Assembly: GCA_965235115.1 (NCBI GenBank)
Contig: OZ249436.1
Span: 25,980,001-26,044,000, forward strand
Length of the DNA stretch: 64,000 nt
Direction of reading: 5' to 3'
Origin: Laetmonice hystrix
Lineage: Eukaryota
The translations under genes and the position numbers were made by a program. Within the stretch, counting starts at the first letter, position 1. Every line of letters begins with the position of its first letter. Of the stretch, positions 48,567-60,587 are shown in pieces. A model generated the notes under the pieces. That model saw only the letters and a list, made by a program, of their open reading frames with translations, made no database searches and had not been told where the DNA came from.

Positions 48567-50205
48567 GACAACGGGCTTACCGTCAGCCGTAAGACAGCTC
48601 CTACCCTGGCTTATAAGCCTGAGCCTGGCTTACGCTTACAAGCCTCATTTGCATGTTTTAAAAACACAACATGTAAGACTGGGCTTAATCTTACCCTAGT
48701 TTACGAGTAAGCCAGGCTCAATCTTATTTTAAAAACCGGACCCTGATTTAAAAACTGGAATTCAGGCTTAGACTTGGGTAAGTCTAGTCTTAGTCTTACC
48801 GAACCCATTTGATTTAAAAACTGGCCCCAGAACACCGTTTAGTTGTCGAGTGACGCTGGCCTAGCGACTCATGGACGCTCTGCGAAGAGGTCCGTTATCG
48901 CAACTTTGCGGCCTTCGTTTTGGTACTAAACTTCTTCCACGGAGTATGAAATCGATTTTTATAGAGAGCCACGGTATTGAAATTTCTATTCCGACTTTGA
49001 TTATAATTATTGGACAAATATAACGTCCACACGGTCCGGTTGTTTACGAGCATGTCGGGTCCGTAGGTCCGTCAGCCATCTGCGGTGCACCGAGTGACCG
49101 GGAACTGATAAAAGTTAGATCGCTACTGGTACCCGAAACGGGTAGCTTCACTCTGTGCCCATTCGAAAAACCTCGGCCCAACTTCCGGCCGCTTGGGCGT
49201 TTAAGTATGTCACGAGAATTCAAGAGATTTCGCGTTAGCGGGACAAGCAGCAAATAGCCTCGCTGGTTTAAAGGGACTCGACACCAATAAGCCAAAAATT
49301 TCTGACCCAGAGATTTTCAGGCTACTTTCACATAAAATAATTCTACATTTTTCGAGTATTTTGGTGCAAAGAAAATGGCGGGTCACCATATCGGATCCTG
49401 AGTTATGAGCATTTGAAGATAGGCCTTCAACTCGCACTACTACAGTCTACAGTAGAGAGAGATACGTGAAATTTTTGGTTCGAATTAGAAGAGAGAAGAT
49501 TTTTTTCTGACATTTCTAACCCAGAGATTCTGAAAATACTTCTCAGAATTGTTGCATGACTTGTTTTGAACACTTTAGATTAAAAAAAATCATATGTCAC
49601 TATGGAAATTCATGAGATATCGACATTTTCACTACCAAGGGTCTTATCGGTCCCATAGACTCCAATGTTAAAACACATAGTCAAGTACATTTTTCTGGCA
49701 TCGTGAAGCCTTTTGTCAAACTGTTTCTGGGATGCGAAGCGGCCAGACTTGACTCTGCCTCTGCATTGCCGTGTTGTTGACGGGCGCCGGCCGAGTCCAT
49801 GGCATGGAGCACTACCGACGCTCACTGGCGAAGACAACATCAGTTTGCTTTTGCCTCAACAGACAGTCAAGTAATTTATCACGCAGTTGAAATCTTTACA
49901 ATAGCTACTTACGGCGAATTTCAAAGTTAACAGTCGATTTACTTTTTCACCAAATCAATGTCACTGTCCAGTGACAATGATAGAAGTTCTAAATTTGGTA
50001 GAAGAAATCGTGTGAGCGGACAGCGCGGCCATCACAGAGGCACATCCTCAATGTATTTTTAGATAAGCCAATAATAAGTGAGCTATCAAAGACGGGAGTG
50101 TGACCAATACACCCATATCACGCCGACGTCATTACGTAACCAAAACGAGGCCAATGACGCAAACAACAAGGCCACTGTGCCACGTGACTGTGCTCAGCGG
50201 CGAAG

Positions 50206-52858
50206 ATGGACGGTCGTCACGATCACTGCTGTGTCCCTCTCTGTAAAAGCGACTCGCGATACCACAGACACAGTGAAGTTAGCTTTCATGCCATCCCAAA
50301 AGATGAACAAAGGAGGCGTGCGTGGATTCATGCAATCAGGAGGGACCCTGGATCGAACTTTAAGGTGAATATTTAACCCGAAAAAAGTCGCAATATCAAT
50401 CAATGTCAAGCCGACTGCTAGATGATAGATGTAGATTCTAGACCTTGCTTGTCTGGCCTAGCCTAGTTAAGTTGTAGTCTATACTGTTGAGTGTTGTAGC
50501 TAGCATGATTAAAGACTAGAGTATAGGATCGAGGGTATAGATCATGTAGAATTAAGTCTGGATTGACCACGACCTGCTCTGCTAGCGGGCCGCTGCTAGC
50601 ACTGGCGCCAGGCCGAACCCCAGCGTCAGCGTGCTTTACGTTTAGTTCTGACATTTATTTACCTGTCTTGAGTGATTGTCATTGTGACTGTGAGTGTAAC
50701 TGTCCGATCAGTCAAGTCGTTACCGAAACGAGTTGTAACTGAACCGATAGTGCAGTAGCCAAAACAAAATGGGGGTTAATTTTATTCGTGTCAAAATTCT
50801 TTCTGGTGTGGTAGGCTCTGCGCCGGGAAGGGGGGCGGGGGTGACGATCTTAGACTTTGGAGGTTCATGTCAACAATAAACAAAGCATGTGTAGACTAGT
50901 CTATGTCGGCCTCTATTCTTCAGTATCTAGATCTATATGCTAGGATTAGGAATAGGATTAGTTTTGATGGCAGTCTGTGACTTATGGCATGATACAATTT
51001 TACAAGACAGTATAGTCAACAATATACAACATTTGCAACAAATCAAGTGTTACTGCCAGGCCTAAGTAGCCTACTGCTTCCCTTATTGATTAAAAAACTT
51101 ATTAGACCTACTTTATTACTATTAGTCTAGTAGATGTAGTAGTAGTAGCAGATCTAGTACCCAAAATTCTGATTTAAATGAAAATTGAATCCACCCAGTG
51201 ACCCTCCCAAGGCTGCTATTTTAATGCTGATGGGTTTAATAGCCAGGATAATTCAGTATGACGTATTCAATCAGTGTATCTATAGTTTACATGTAATTGT
51301 ATATTAATTTGAATTTCTTTTCACACCCTAGATCACGTCTTCAACTAAGGTGTGCTCCATACATTTTGAGAAAGAAGAGATTGTGAGAAGCCTGTGTGGA
51401 AAGCGGGGTGTGATTAAGGGAGCAGTTCCTCACATATTTCCATGGACCAAGGAAGCAAAGAGCAGGAAGTCACCAAAAGAGCGAGTGTCATCTTCTAATG
51501 AACCAACTGACGATGGGTTCCAAATGGAATACACTGAAGAAAGGTAAATTCAAATGAATATCAAGGTTAGAAATTAGGCCAAAAAAAACTTTTTTGGAAG
51601 CACAGCAAAAGGCCATCCAGCCTCCCGCTAACATCGATACCTGAATATGAAAGACACTTTATGTATTTGATAAAATATCAACTGGTTGGTAATGAAAAAT
51701 TTCTTGGGTAATCTTTGGTAATCAACTTCGGTCAAAATGGCAGTGCTATTAGACTAATGACATTCCTTCTTTTTCAGTGAAGCAAGCAGAAGTGTACTCT
51801 GTCAACGGCCTCCGGACCACGACTACACAGCATGTTCAAAACTGACACTTGAAGAGCAATTGGAAGCTGCCTTGGAACACATCAGTCTGCTGGAGAAGGA
51901 AAATGAACACCTGAAATCGCTCCAGTTTGGTATCAATCGTTTCACCACAGATCCTGACATGATAGCTTTCTATACAGGCTTCAGATCATATGATATGTTC
52001 TTGACAACATATTTAGCCTTTCAACCAACCGCTGATAATCTTCTCACTTGGTCACAGCTTCAGAGACAGAGGTCCGGTACTGCCTTAAACACAAGAGACA
52101 TTCTCAAACATGAACATCTATCCACAATAGATCAATTTTTCTTATTTATGTGTCGCTGCAAGGCTGGCCTTTTTGAGAAGGATCTGGCCGAAAGGTTCCA
52201 TGTAAGCTTCTCAACAGTGAGCAGAATCATCATCACCTGGGCAAACTATCTGTACCACCTTTTAGGAGCTTTGCCAATTTGGCCATCTTGTCATCAGATT
52301 CGTAAACATATTCCTGAATGTTTCAAAGAGTGTTATTCTACCACCAGAGTAATATTAGATTGCACTGAGATTAAGTGTCAAACTCCATCAGCGTTGTACT
52401 TGAACAGCCAGCTGTACTCGCACTACAAGGGTAGCACAACATTCAAGGGTCTGATAGGCATTACACCCTCAGGAGCAGTGTCATTTGTCAGTCAGCTGTA
52501 CACGGGAAGCATTTCTGATGTGGACATCACAGCAAGATGTGGCATTGTTGACCTTTTAGACTCACTGGACTCGGTCATGGCTGACAAGGGATTCACCATC
52601 CAAGACCTTTTGGCTACAAAAGGTGCCACTCTGACAATTCCGCCTTTTTTAACTGACAAACGTAACCAATTTGAAAGGGGTGAGGTTCAGCAAACACAGA
52701 ATATTGCCAGGGTCAGGATCCACGTTGAACGCGCTATCAGGAGAGTAAAGGAGTATCACATATTTGATAGCATTGTACCACTAAGCCTGGCAGGTACCAT
52801 CAACCAAATGTGGACTGTTTGTGCTCTTCTGACAAACTTCAGAGGTCCCCTTTTCTGA
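50206..52858 (+). CDS. THAP-domain DDE transposase (DDE_Tnp_4/ISL2EU type), 3 exons, ~483 aa
   Basis: Exons 50206-50364, 51332-51543 and 51778-52858. THAP signature CCVPLC..FHAIP..W..AIRR..VCSIHF..AVP, DHDY motif, HTH (DLAERFHVSFSTVSRII), catalytic motifs ILDCTE, MADKGF and RIHVERAI. Confidence 0.92.
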
Positions 52859-53593
52859 CTGCATCATGAAGCATTTCTCAACAAATCGATCATCCCATCA
52901 CAGTGTTAGTTGCTGTATCTGACGTGATACAGTATTTGCTGCCATGTCTTGAAAAATTAAAAATTGGTTGTCGGGTTGAAATAAGTTCCTTTTAAAAAGA
53001 ATATGTACTTTGATGATAAAATGTTATTTACGGTACATGTGAATTCTTTTTAATAGAAAAATGGAAGTTTAAAAACTTGACAATTTTACTGTCAAGGAGG
53101 GGAACATGTATTTCTTTAGATTTACCCCAGTGTAGTAACGAAAATAAAGATGAAGAATAATGGAAGACTCAAAAAATTCTTCAGTATTTTTAATTCATCC
53201 TGCAATAATTGATCGATTTACAAATGGTTTACAGATGACATAAATACGGTTACATGATCTGGTCATGTAACATTTAAGTTACCTGTTATCTTACGGAGGG
53301 TTCTCCTTTTTTTTCTGTAATTAGTAAGTTTACCCATTTCATTCCACTCCGAGTTCCAGAACGTGAACATCGAACGTCTTCTTCCGTCTCCAACGCACCC
53401 AAGATCCTTATTTTAAAACATAATTTTACATTTCTATTGCCCTACCGTACCTACCTGACAACACAGTAGCATTAAGCAAGTTCTCACACTGTATATGACT
53501 GAAATCTTTTCCACATTAAATATTTTGCAAAGCATTACTATCATCATCATACAGTAATATTTGGTCATCATGTACAGTTTGTGTCGTCACATT

Positions 53594-56500
53594 TCATTTC
53601 TTGGTAGATAACAAACATGGCAAGAAATGCTCAAAATAAAAGGCATCAATATTTTCTTTCATATCTGCAAAGAAAGCTTCATCAACATTAATTTTTTCAA
53701 TTATGAAATCTTCTTCACAGTAAACCATAAAGTCACACCAAGTGAATCCTGTAATGCCTAACTGTCCCATTATTTGGTAGTAGTACTCATGAGTGTGTTT
53801 TAATGTGTACTCCCCATTCTGTCTTTGCTTCAAATATTTACAATCTTTATAGGTGTTGTTCCCAGGACACTTTATCTCAAGAAGCCCCCACTTTTGGTCA
53901 TCTGCAGCAGATGGATCATATACGAGACGATCAGGAGAGCATCCCAAATGACAAGCTGTGGGATTTATAACAAAGCCAATGCTGTACACATTCACTCCCT
54001 TGTTTCTGGCGTAAACTTCTGCAGCTGTAGGTTCAAGTTCTAGCCCTCTTCTCATCAAACTGGTTTGCACAGTTTTGCCTGTTATCAGTCTTTGAGCCAG
54101 AGATTTAAAGTCTCCACGTCTACAGCAAATCTGTTTGAATTTTGATGCAGTTAGACGTGACTCGCGAAGTTTTTTCCACTCAGGGCAAGCACTTTGTGTA
54201 CGGGTTGAAAGTTTGTAATCTGATGACTCGAGCAATGAGCATGAAAGCCCATCATACAATGACTGAAGTTCATCCGTGAGGGTAGACACATCGTAAATCA
54301 TAGGAAGAACAGGTCTCGGGCAAGGTGGTCGACTGGGGGCATCAGCTACCATTAGTATACGGTCTCCTGGGGTGGTTATCTGCTGCTGATGAGCAAGCGT
54401 AGAGCCAAATGGGACTGGACCAATCTCACTTGGAACAGCTACAGGCCAGTTATCCGGAAGTAGCTGCAAAATCTGGGGCTGTACAGCCTGTGTAGACATC
54501 ATGCGCGATATTTTACCAGCAAAGTTCCTCGAGACGTCATAAATCGGTTCTCTGATAGGGTTATACAGCGTAGATGTAATTCCTGAGATAAAAAGAAAAT
54601 ATTAAAAGACTATGAACAATTTTTACAACATACAATGTTACAATTGCAACAATATTTATCCACTTGGGTAAAAAAACAGAAATCAAGTTTCACATGTTTT
54701 TAGCCCCAACCCCCTCGGGTTGTGGGGTAACAAGAACTGTTAGAAGCTAGAGGATGTGGTTAACCAATATTCTGGGGCTCACCTGCGCTAGATAATACAT
54801 GATAAAATTCAATGAAAATATGATGTAAAACTTATTTCATATTTAATTCTTGAAAGGTTCTTGAATTAACAAAAAATTGTTAATCAAAACAGTTTAATCA
54901 AGTTAACCACAAAAAGGAATTTAAAATCAAATAATGCTTTAATTTATGTTTATTGTTTTGTATTTGAAAAACAATTCTCACCAGTGACAATTCTTTTCTT
55001 CTTGACTCTTGGTGCACTGCTTGAGGTAGGTGGCTTGACCTTAAGGACTGACATGTCTGATATTGGTACTGGCTTAATTCCATGAGTTCTTGGGGGAATG
55101 TGCCATTGCTGTGGAGCCGATGTTTTTGATGTGATGGGGGGAACAACTTTCAGTCCTAGGTTTTGGTAGTGCACCAGTTGATAAAGAAGAGCAAGAGCGT
55201 GATTGCACACTCCTTTACCTGCAGTGCAGGAGCAGTGACATGTGATGTCCATATCATCAATGAAGTGTAGCTGAAAGCAAAAGAAGATTATTTAGTTCTT
55301 ACTGTATGTGCATCAATATATTATCAATCATAACATCGTGCAAAATATGATAAATTCGTCTCTCACTAAAGTAAAGGGTTGAAGGCCTACATAGGTCTGT
55401 TTCTTTCATAAATGTAATGACTACACCTGTGATACCGATCTCAGGTTCCCGCTTCTGTCCCCCAGAGGATAATGCCAAGGCTGTGTTTAAAATCTGGTAT
55501 TTTTTTATTATTTAAATACGGTATACAACAAATGTTATCTTACCTCATAAACAGATTAACACCTCATAGTCATAGGAACTCCTTTCCTAAGGAAAAAGCA
55601 AAAACTTTAAAAAAACTGCAAGTTCAACATTCAGGAATTACTGAATTAGTAATATATATGCAAAACGCCAACGGTGAAAAAGAGTACTGTAACTAAAACA
55701 ATAATAACACAATGTTAAAGACAAACTTGAAAAATTACCTGCAGGTCCTTTGGTGGGTCATTTTTTTTCATTGAGGGGTAACACTGTGCTCTTACCTCCA
55801 CCTGACTGCCACTCTTTACTGCGCATAAAATGTAGAGAAATGTATTAGTTTTATTGCATACATTGTGTAGGCCCTATAGTACAGTTATTCCTTTCTTAGC
55901 ACATTATCATGTTATAATATCTAATTATCAAAAGACTTATATTATAATCTTTTTTTTATTTCCCACTGGCCCTGTACTATAGTATAGTATCGTATAGCTG
56001 ACCCAAGACAAATCTGTCAAAACTGACATAGGCTAGGGCCGACTTAGACAATGAAAATATTTGTTTATCATCAATTTAAGTTTATAGTCTACGAGTATGA
56101 TCTGGATTGATAACTATGAATGATTATGAATGGGTTCTTATGAATGACATTACAACACCACATATATGCCTGGGCCAGACTTGGTCTAGCCTAAGTTTGG
56201 TAGCCTAATTAAGTTCAGCCTTCAGGTGACTGTTGCAGGAGCCCGTTTCACTGACACCCTAAATTCCTAATCAAATGCCCTAATTTGTAAACGGTAACAT
56301 CCCGACTTGTTGACACCATGCACTCAAAACAAGTCAACTGTCAAGTGTTTCACTTTCACTAAAAAAAATGTCTCTCCTTGGAATTCAATGGCAATGTTAG
56401 GCCTAATTGCAAGGATCGACATTTTTTTTGAAACGGTATGTCTCAATCAGAATCTTGGATGTCCCCACTAGGCCTACTTGACTTGTTGGGATGTCCTTGC

Positions 56501-57024
56501 TTGGTGAAACCTAAACTAAAGCAGGCAAAGCTGGCGTAGGCCCTACGGTCATTCCGACCATCCCCCGGGCCCGGCGGCGCAACACTGCCGCCAACGCAAC
56601 AGTACGTCGAGCGGTAGCCTACTCTAGTCCTGGCCCCGGTCATGGCTAAACCTCTATGTCTACGAATAGGATTACCGAAAACAAATGTTGGAAAAAAAAC
56701 CAGTTTAGGCATAATCTTATTCTAACTCACTTTTAAAAACTCACTGGCACATCCACTAGCACACTAACGTAGATCTAGTCGTGACAGAGTCGTGGACGTA
56801 GGGGTCAGTGATCGTAATCTACTTCAACAGTTCAAGCATTGCTTACCTTCTACGTTGTGAACATATGATCCAGAAAAAAACGCATCTATATAGCCTCTTG
56901 TCTGCAACTTCTTTGGCACCTTGGCCTTTTCGTTGGCCCATTTCTCAATGAAGGAATGGGACAACGGAGGAACTTTTGACAAATTCCTTGTCCACACCGT
57001 CGGCACCGTCGCCTGCTTCGCCAT
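53594..57024 (-). CDS. SWIM zinc finger plus YqaJ/lambda-exonuclease-like (PD-D/ExK) nuclease, 4 exons, ~511 aa
   Basis: Exons 57024-56847, 55818-55739, 55270-54982 and 54582-53594 total 1536 nt in frame. SWIM CSCTAGKGVCNH; YqaJ motifs W..LR..RLTASKF, GLELE, LGCSPD, LEIKCP and YYYQIMGQL. The start could be 57030 or 57060. Confidence 0.9.
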
Positions 57025-57196
57025 TGACATGTTGATCCCGCCCCAGTTTGTTTGCGTCATTAGCCTCGTTTTCGATTTTAATGGCCACTCCGTGATACAC
57101 GACTCATATCACGCCGACGTCATTACGTAACCAAAACGAGGCCAATGACGCAAACAACAAGGCCACTGTGCCACGTGACTGTGCTCAGCGGCGAAG

Positions 57197-59852
57197 ATGG
57201 ACGGTCGTCACGATCACTGCTGTGTCCCTCTCTGTAAAAGCGACTCGCGATACCACAGACACAGTGAAGTTAGCTTTCATGCCATCCCAAAAGATGAACA
57301 AAGGAGGCGTGCGTGGATTCATGCAATCAGGAGGGACCCTGGATCGAACTTTAAGGCGAATATTTAACCCGAAAAAAGTCGCAATATCAATCAATGTCAA
57401 GCCGACTGCTAGATGATAGATGTAGATTCTAGACCTTGCTTGTCTGGCCTAGCCTAGTTAAGTTGTAGTCTATACTGTTGAGTGTTGTAGCTAGCATGAT
57501 TAAAGACTAGAGTATAGGATCGAGGGTATAGATCATGTAGAATTAAGTCTGGATTGACCACGACCTGCTCTGCTAGCGGGCCGCTGCTAGCACTGGCGCC
57601 AGGCCGAACCCCAGCGTCAGCGTGCTTTACGTTTAGTTCTGACATTTATTTACCTGTCTTGAGTGATTGTCATTGTGACTGTGAGTGTAACTGTCCGATC
57701 AGTCAAGTCGTTACCGAAACGAGTTGTAACTGAACCGATAGTGCAGTAGCCAAAACAAAATGGGGGTTAATTTTATTCATGTCAAAATTCTTTCTGGTGT
57801 GGTAGGCTCTGCGCCGGGAAGGGGGGCGGGGGTGACGATCTTAGACTTTGGAGGTTCATGTCAACAATAAACAAAGCATGTGTAGACTAGTCTATGTCGG
57901 CCTCTATTCTTCAGTATCTAGATCTATATGCTAGGATTAGGAATAGGATTAGTTTTGATGGCAGTCTGTGACTTATGGCATGATACAATTTTACAAGACA
58001 GTATAGTCAACAATATCAACATTTGCAACAAATCAAGTGTTACTGCCAGGCCTAAGTAGCCTACTGCTTCCCTTATTGAATAAAAAACTTATTAGACCTA
58101 CTTTATTACTATTAGTCTAGTAGATGTAGTAGTAGTAGCAGATCTAGTACCCAAAATTCTGATTTAAATGAAAATTGAATCCACCCAGTGACCCTCCCAA
58201 GGCTGCTATTTTAATGCTGATGGGTTTAATAGCCAGGATAATTCAGTATGACGTATTCAATCAGTGTATCTATAGTTTACATGTAATTGTATATTAATTT
58301 GAATTTCTTTTCACACCCTAGATCACGTCTTCAACTAAGGTGTGCTCCATACATTTTGAGAAAGAAGAGATTGTGAGAAGCCTGTGTGGAAAGCGGGGTG
58401 TGATTAAGGGAGCAGTTCCTCACATATTTCCATGGACCAAGGAAGCAAAGAGCAGGAAGTCACCAAAAGAGCGAGTGTCATCTTCTAATGAACCAACTGA
58501 CGATGGGTTCCAAATGGAATACACTGAAGAAAGGTAAATTCAAATGAATATCAAGGTTAGAAATTAGGCCAAAAAAAACTTTTTTGGAAGCACAGCAAAA
58601 GGCCATCCAGCCTCCCGCTAACATCGATACCTGAATATGAAAGACACTTTATGTATTTGATAAAATATCAACTGGTTGGTAATGAAAAATTTCTTGGGTA
58701 ATCTTTGGTAATCAACTTCGGTCAAAATGGCAGTGCTATTAGACTAATGACATTCCTTCTTTTTCAGTGAAGCAAGCAGAAGTGTACTCTGTCAACGGCC
58801 TCCGGACCACGACTACACAGCATGTTCAAAACTGACACTTGAAGAGCAATTGGAAGCTGCCTTGGAACACATCAGTCTGCTGGAGAAGGAAAATGAACAC
58901 CTGAAATCGCTCCAGTTTGGTATCAATCGTTTCACCACAGATCCTGACATGATAGCTTTCTATACAGGCTTCAGATCATATGATATGTTCTTGACAACAT
59001 ATTTAGCCTTTCAACCAACCGCTGATAATCTTCTCACTTAATTGGTCACAGCTTCAGAGACAGAGGTCCGGTACTGCCTTAAACACAAGAGACATTCTCA
59101 AACATGAACATCTATCCACAATAGATCAATTTTTCTTATTTATGTGTCGCTGCAAGGCTGGCCTTTTTGAGAAGGATCTGGCCGAAAGGTTCCATGTAAG
59201 CTTCTCAACAGTGAGCAGAATCATCATCACCTGGGCAAACTATCTGTACCACCTTTTAGGAGCTTTGCCAATTTGGCCATCTTGTCATCAGATTCGTAAA
59301 CATATTCCTGAATGTTTCAAAGAGTGTTATTCTACCACCAGAGTAATATTAGATTGCACTGAGATTAAGTGTCAAACTCCATCAGCGTTGTACTTGAACA
59401 GCCAGCTGTACTCGCACTACAAGGGTAGCACAACATTCAAGGGTCTGATAGGCATTACACCCTCAGGAGCAGTGTCATTTGTCAGTCAGCTGTACACGGG
59501 AAGCATTTCTGATGTGGACATCACAGCAAGATGTGGCATTGTTGACCTTTTAGACTCACTGGACTCGGTCATGGCTGACAAGGGATTCACCATCCAAGAC
59601 CTTTTGGCTACAAAAGGTGCCACTCTGACAATTCCGCCTTTTTTAACTGACAAACGTAACCAATTTGAAAGGGGTGAGGTTCAGCAAACACAGAATATTG
59701 CCAGGGTCAGGATCCACGTTGAACGCGCTATCAGGAGAGTAAAGGAGTATCACATATTTGATAGCATTGTACCACTAAGCCTGGCAGGTACCATCAACCA
59801 AATGTGGACTGTTTGTGCTCTTCTGACAAACTTCAGAGGTCCCCTTTTCTGA
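57197..59852 (+). pseudogene. Copy-2 THAP-DDE transposase, disrupted
   Basis: 4-bp insertion at ~59040 (CACTTAATTGG vs CACTTGG) creates TAA and a frameshift; intron 1 donor is GC at 57356 instead of GT. Confidence 0.85.
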
Positions 59853-60587
59853 CTGCATCATGAAGCATTTCTCAACAAATCGATCATCCCATCACAGTGT
59901 TAGTTGCTGTATCTGACGTGATACAGTATTTGCTGCCATGTCTTGAAAAATTAAAAATTGGTTGTCGGGTTGAAATAAGTTCCTTTTAAAAAGAATATGT
60001 ACTTTGATGATAAAATGTTATTTACGGTACATGTGAATTCTTTTTAATAGAAAAATGGAAGTTTAAAAACTTGACAATTTTACTGTCAAGGAGGGGAACA
60101 TGTATTTCTTTAGATTTACCCCAGTGTAGTAACGAAAATAAAGATGAAGAATAATGGAAGACTCAAAAAATTCTTCAGTATTTTTAATTCATCCTGCAAT
60201 AATTGATCGATTTACAAATGGTTTACAGATGACATAAATACGGTTACATGATCTGGTCATGTAACATTTAAGTTACCTGTTATCTTACGGAGGGTTCTCC
60301 TTTTTTTTCTGTAATTAGTAAGTTTACCCATTTCATTCCACTCCGAGTTCCAGAACGTGAACATCGAACGTCTTCTTCCGTCTCCAACGCACCCAAGATC
60401 CTTATTTTAAAACATAATTTTACATTTCTATTGCCCTACCGTACCTACCTGACAACACAGTAGCATTAAGCAAGTTCTCACACTGTATATGACTGAAATC
60501 TTTTCCACATTAAATATTTTGCAAAGCATTACTATCATCATCATACAGTAATATTTGGTCATCATGTACAGTTTGTGTCGTCACATT

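Larger units (their letters stand above)
33778..48742. mobile_element. Autonomous PIF/Harbinger DNA transposon (~15 kb including nested insertions)
   Basis: TIRs GGTCCGGTTTTTAAAATAAG / CTTATTTTAAAAACCGGACC; CTG TSD at 33775-33777 and 48743-48745, confirmed by the empty site at ~19630; convergent Myb/SANT and DDE transposase genes. Confidence 0.95.
30183..48827. mobile_element. Second copy of the Harbinger-type MITE, split by two large nested insertions
   Basis: Pieces 30183-30198, 33156-33777 and 48743-48827 reassemble into the 19058-19718 element (plus a small extra segment); CAG TSD at 30180-30182 and 48828-48830. Confidence 0.9.
50109..57096. mobile_element. ISL2EU-type (PIF/Harbinger-related) DNA transposon, copy 1, both genes intact
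   Basis: Convergent THAP-DDE transposase and SWIM-YqaJ exonuclease genes; imperfect ~50-bp inverted ends (TATCACG..AAAACGAGGCCAATGACGCAAAC vs GTTTGCGTCATTAGCCTCGTTTT..CGTGATA). Exact termini are uncertain by ~10 bp. Confidence 0.88.

Noticed and set aside
48831..50108. Extension of the ISL2EU-type element to the left
   Set aside because: Not duplicated in copy 2 and has no matching end; looks like unrelated repeat-derived DNA that I could not classify.
53594..54502. Prophage or viral recombination gene, or bacterial contamination
   Set aside because: The YqaJ domain is the last exon of a spliced gene inside a eukaryotic transposon.
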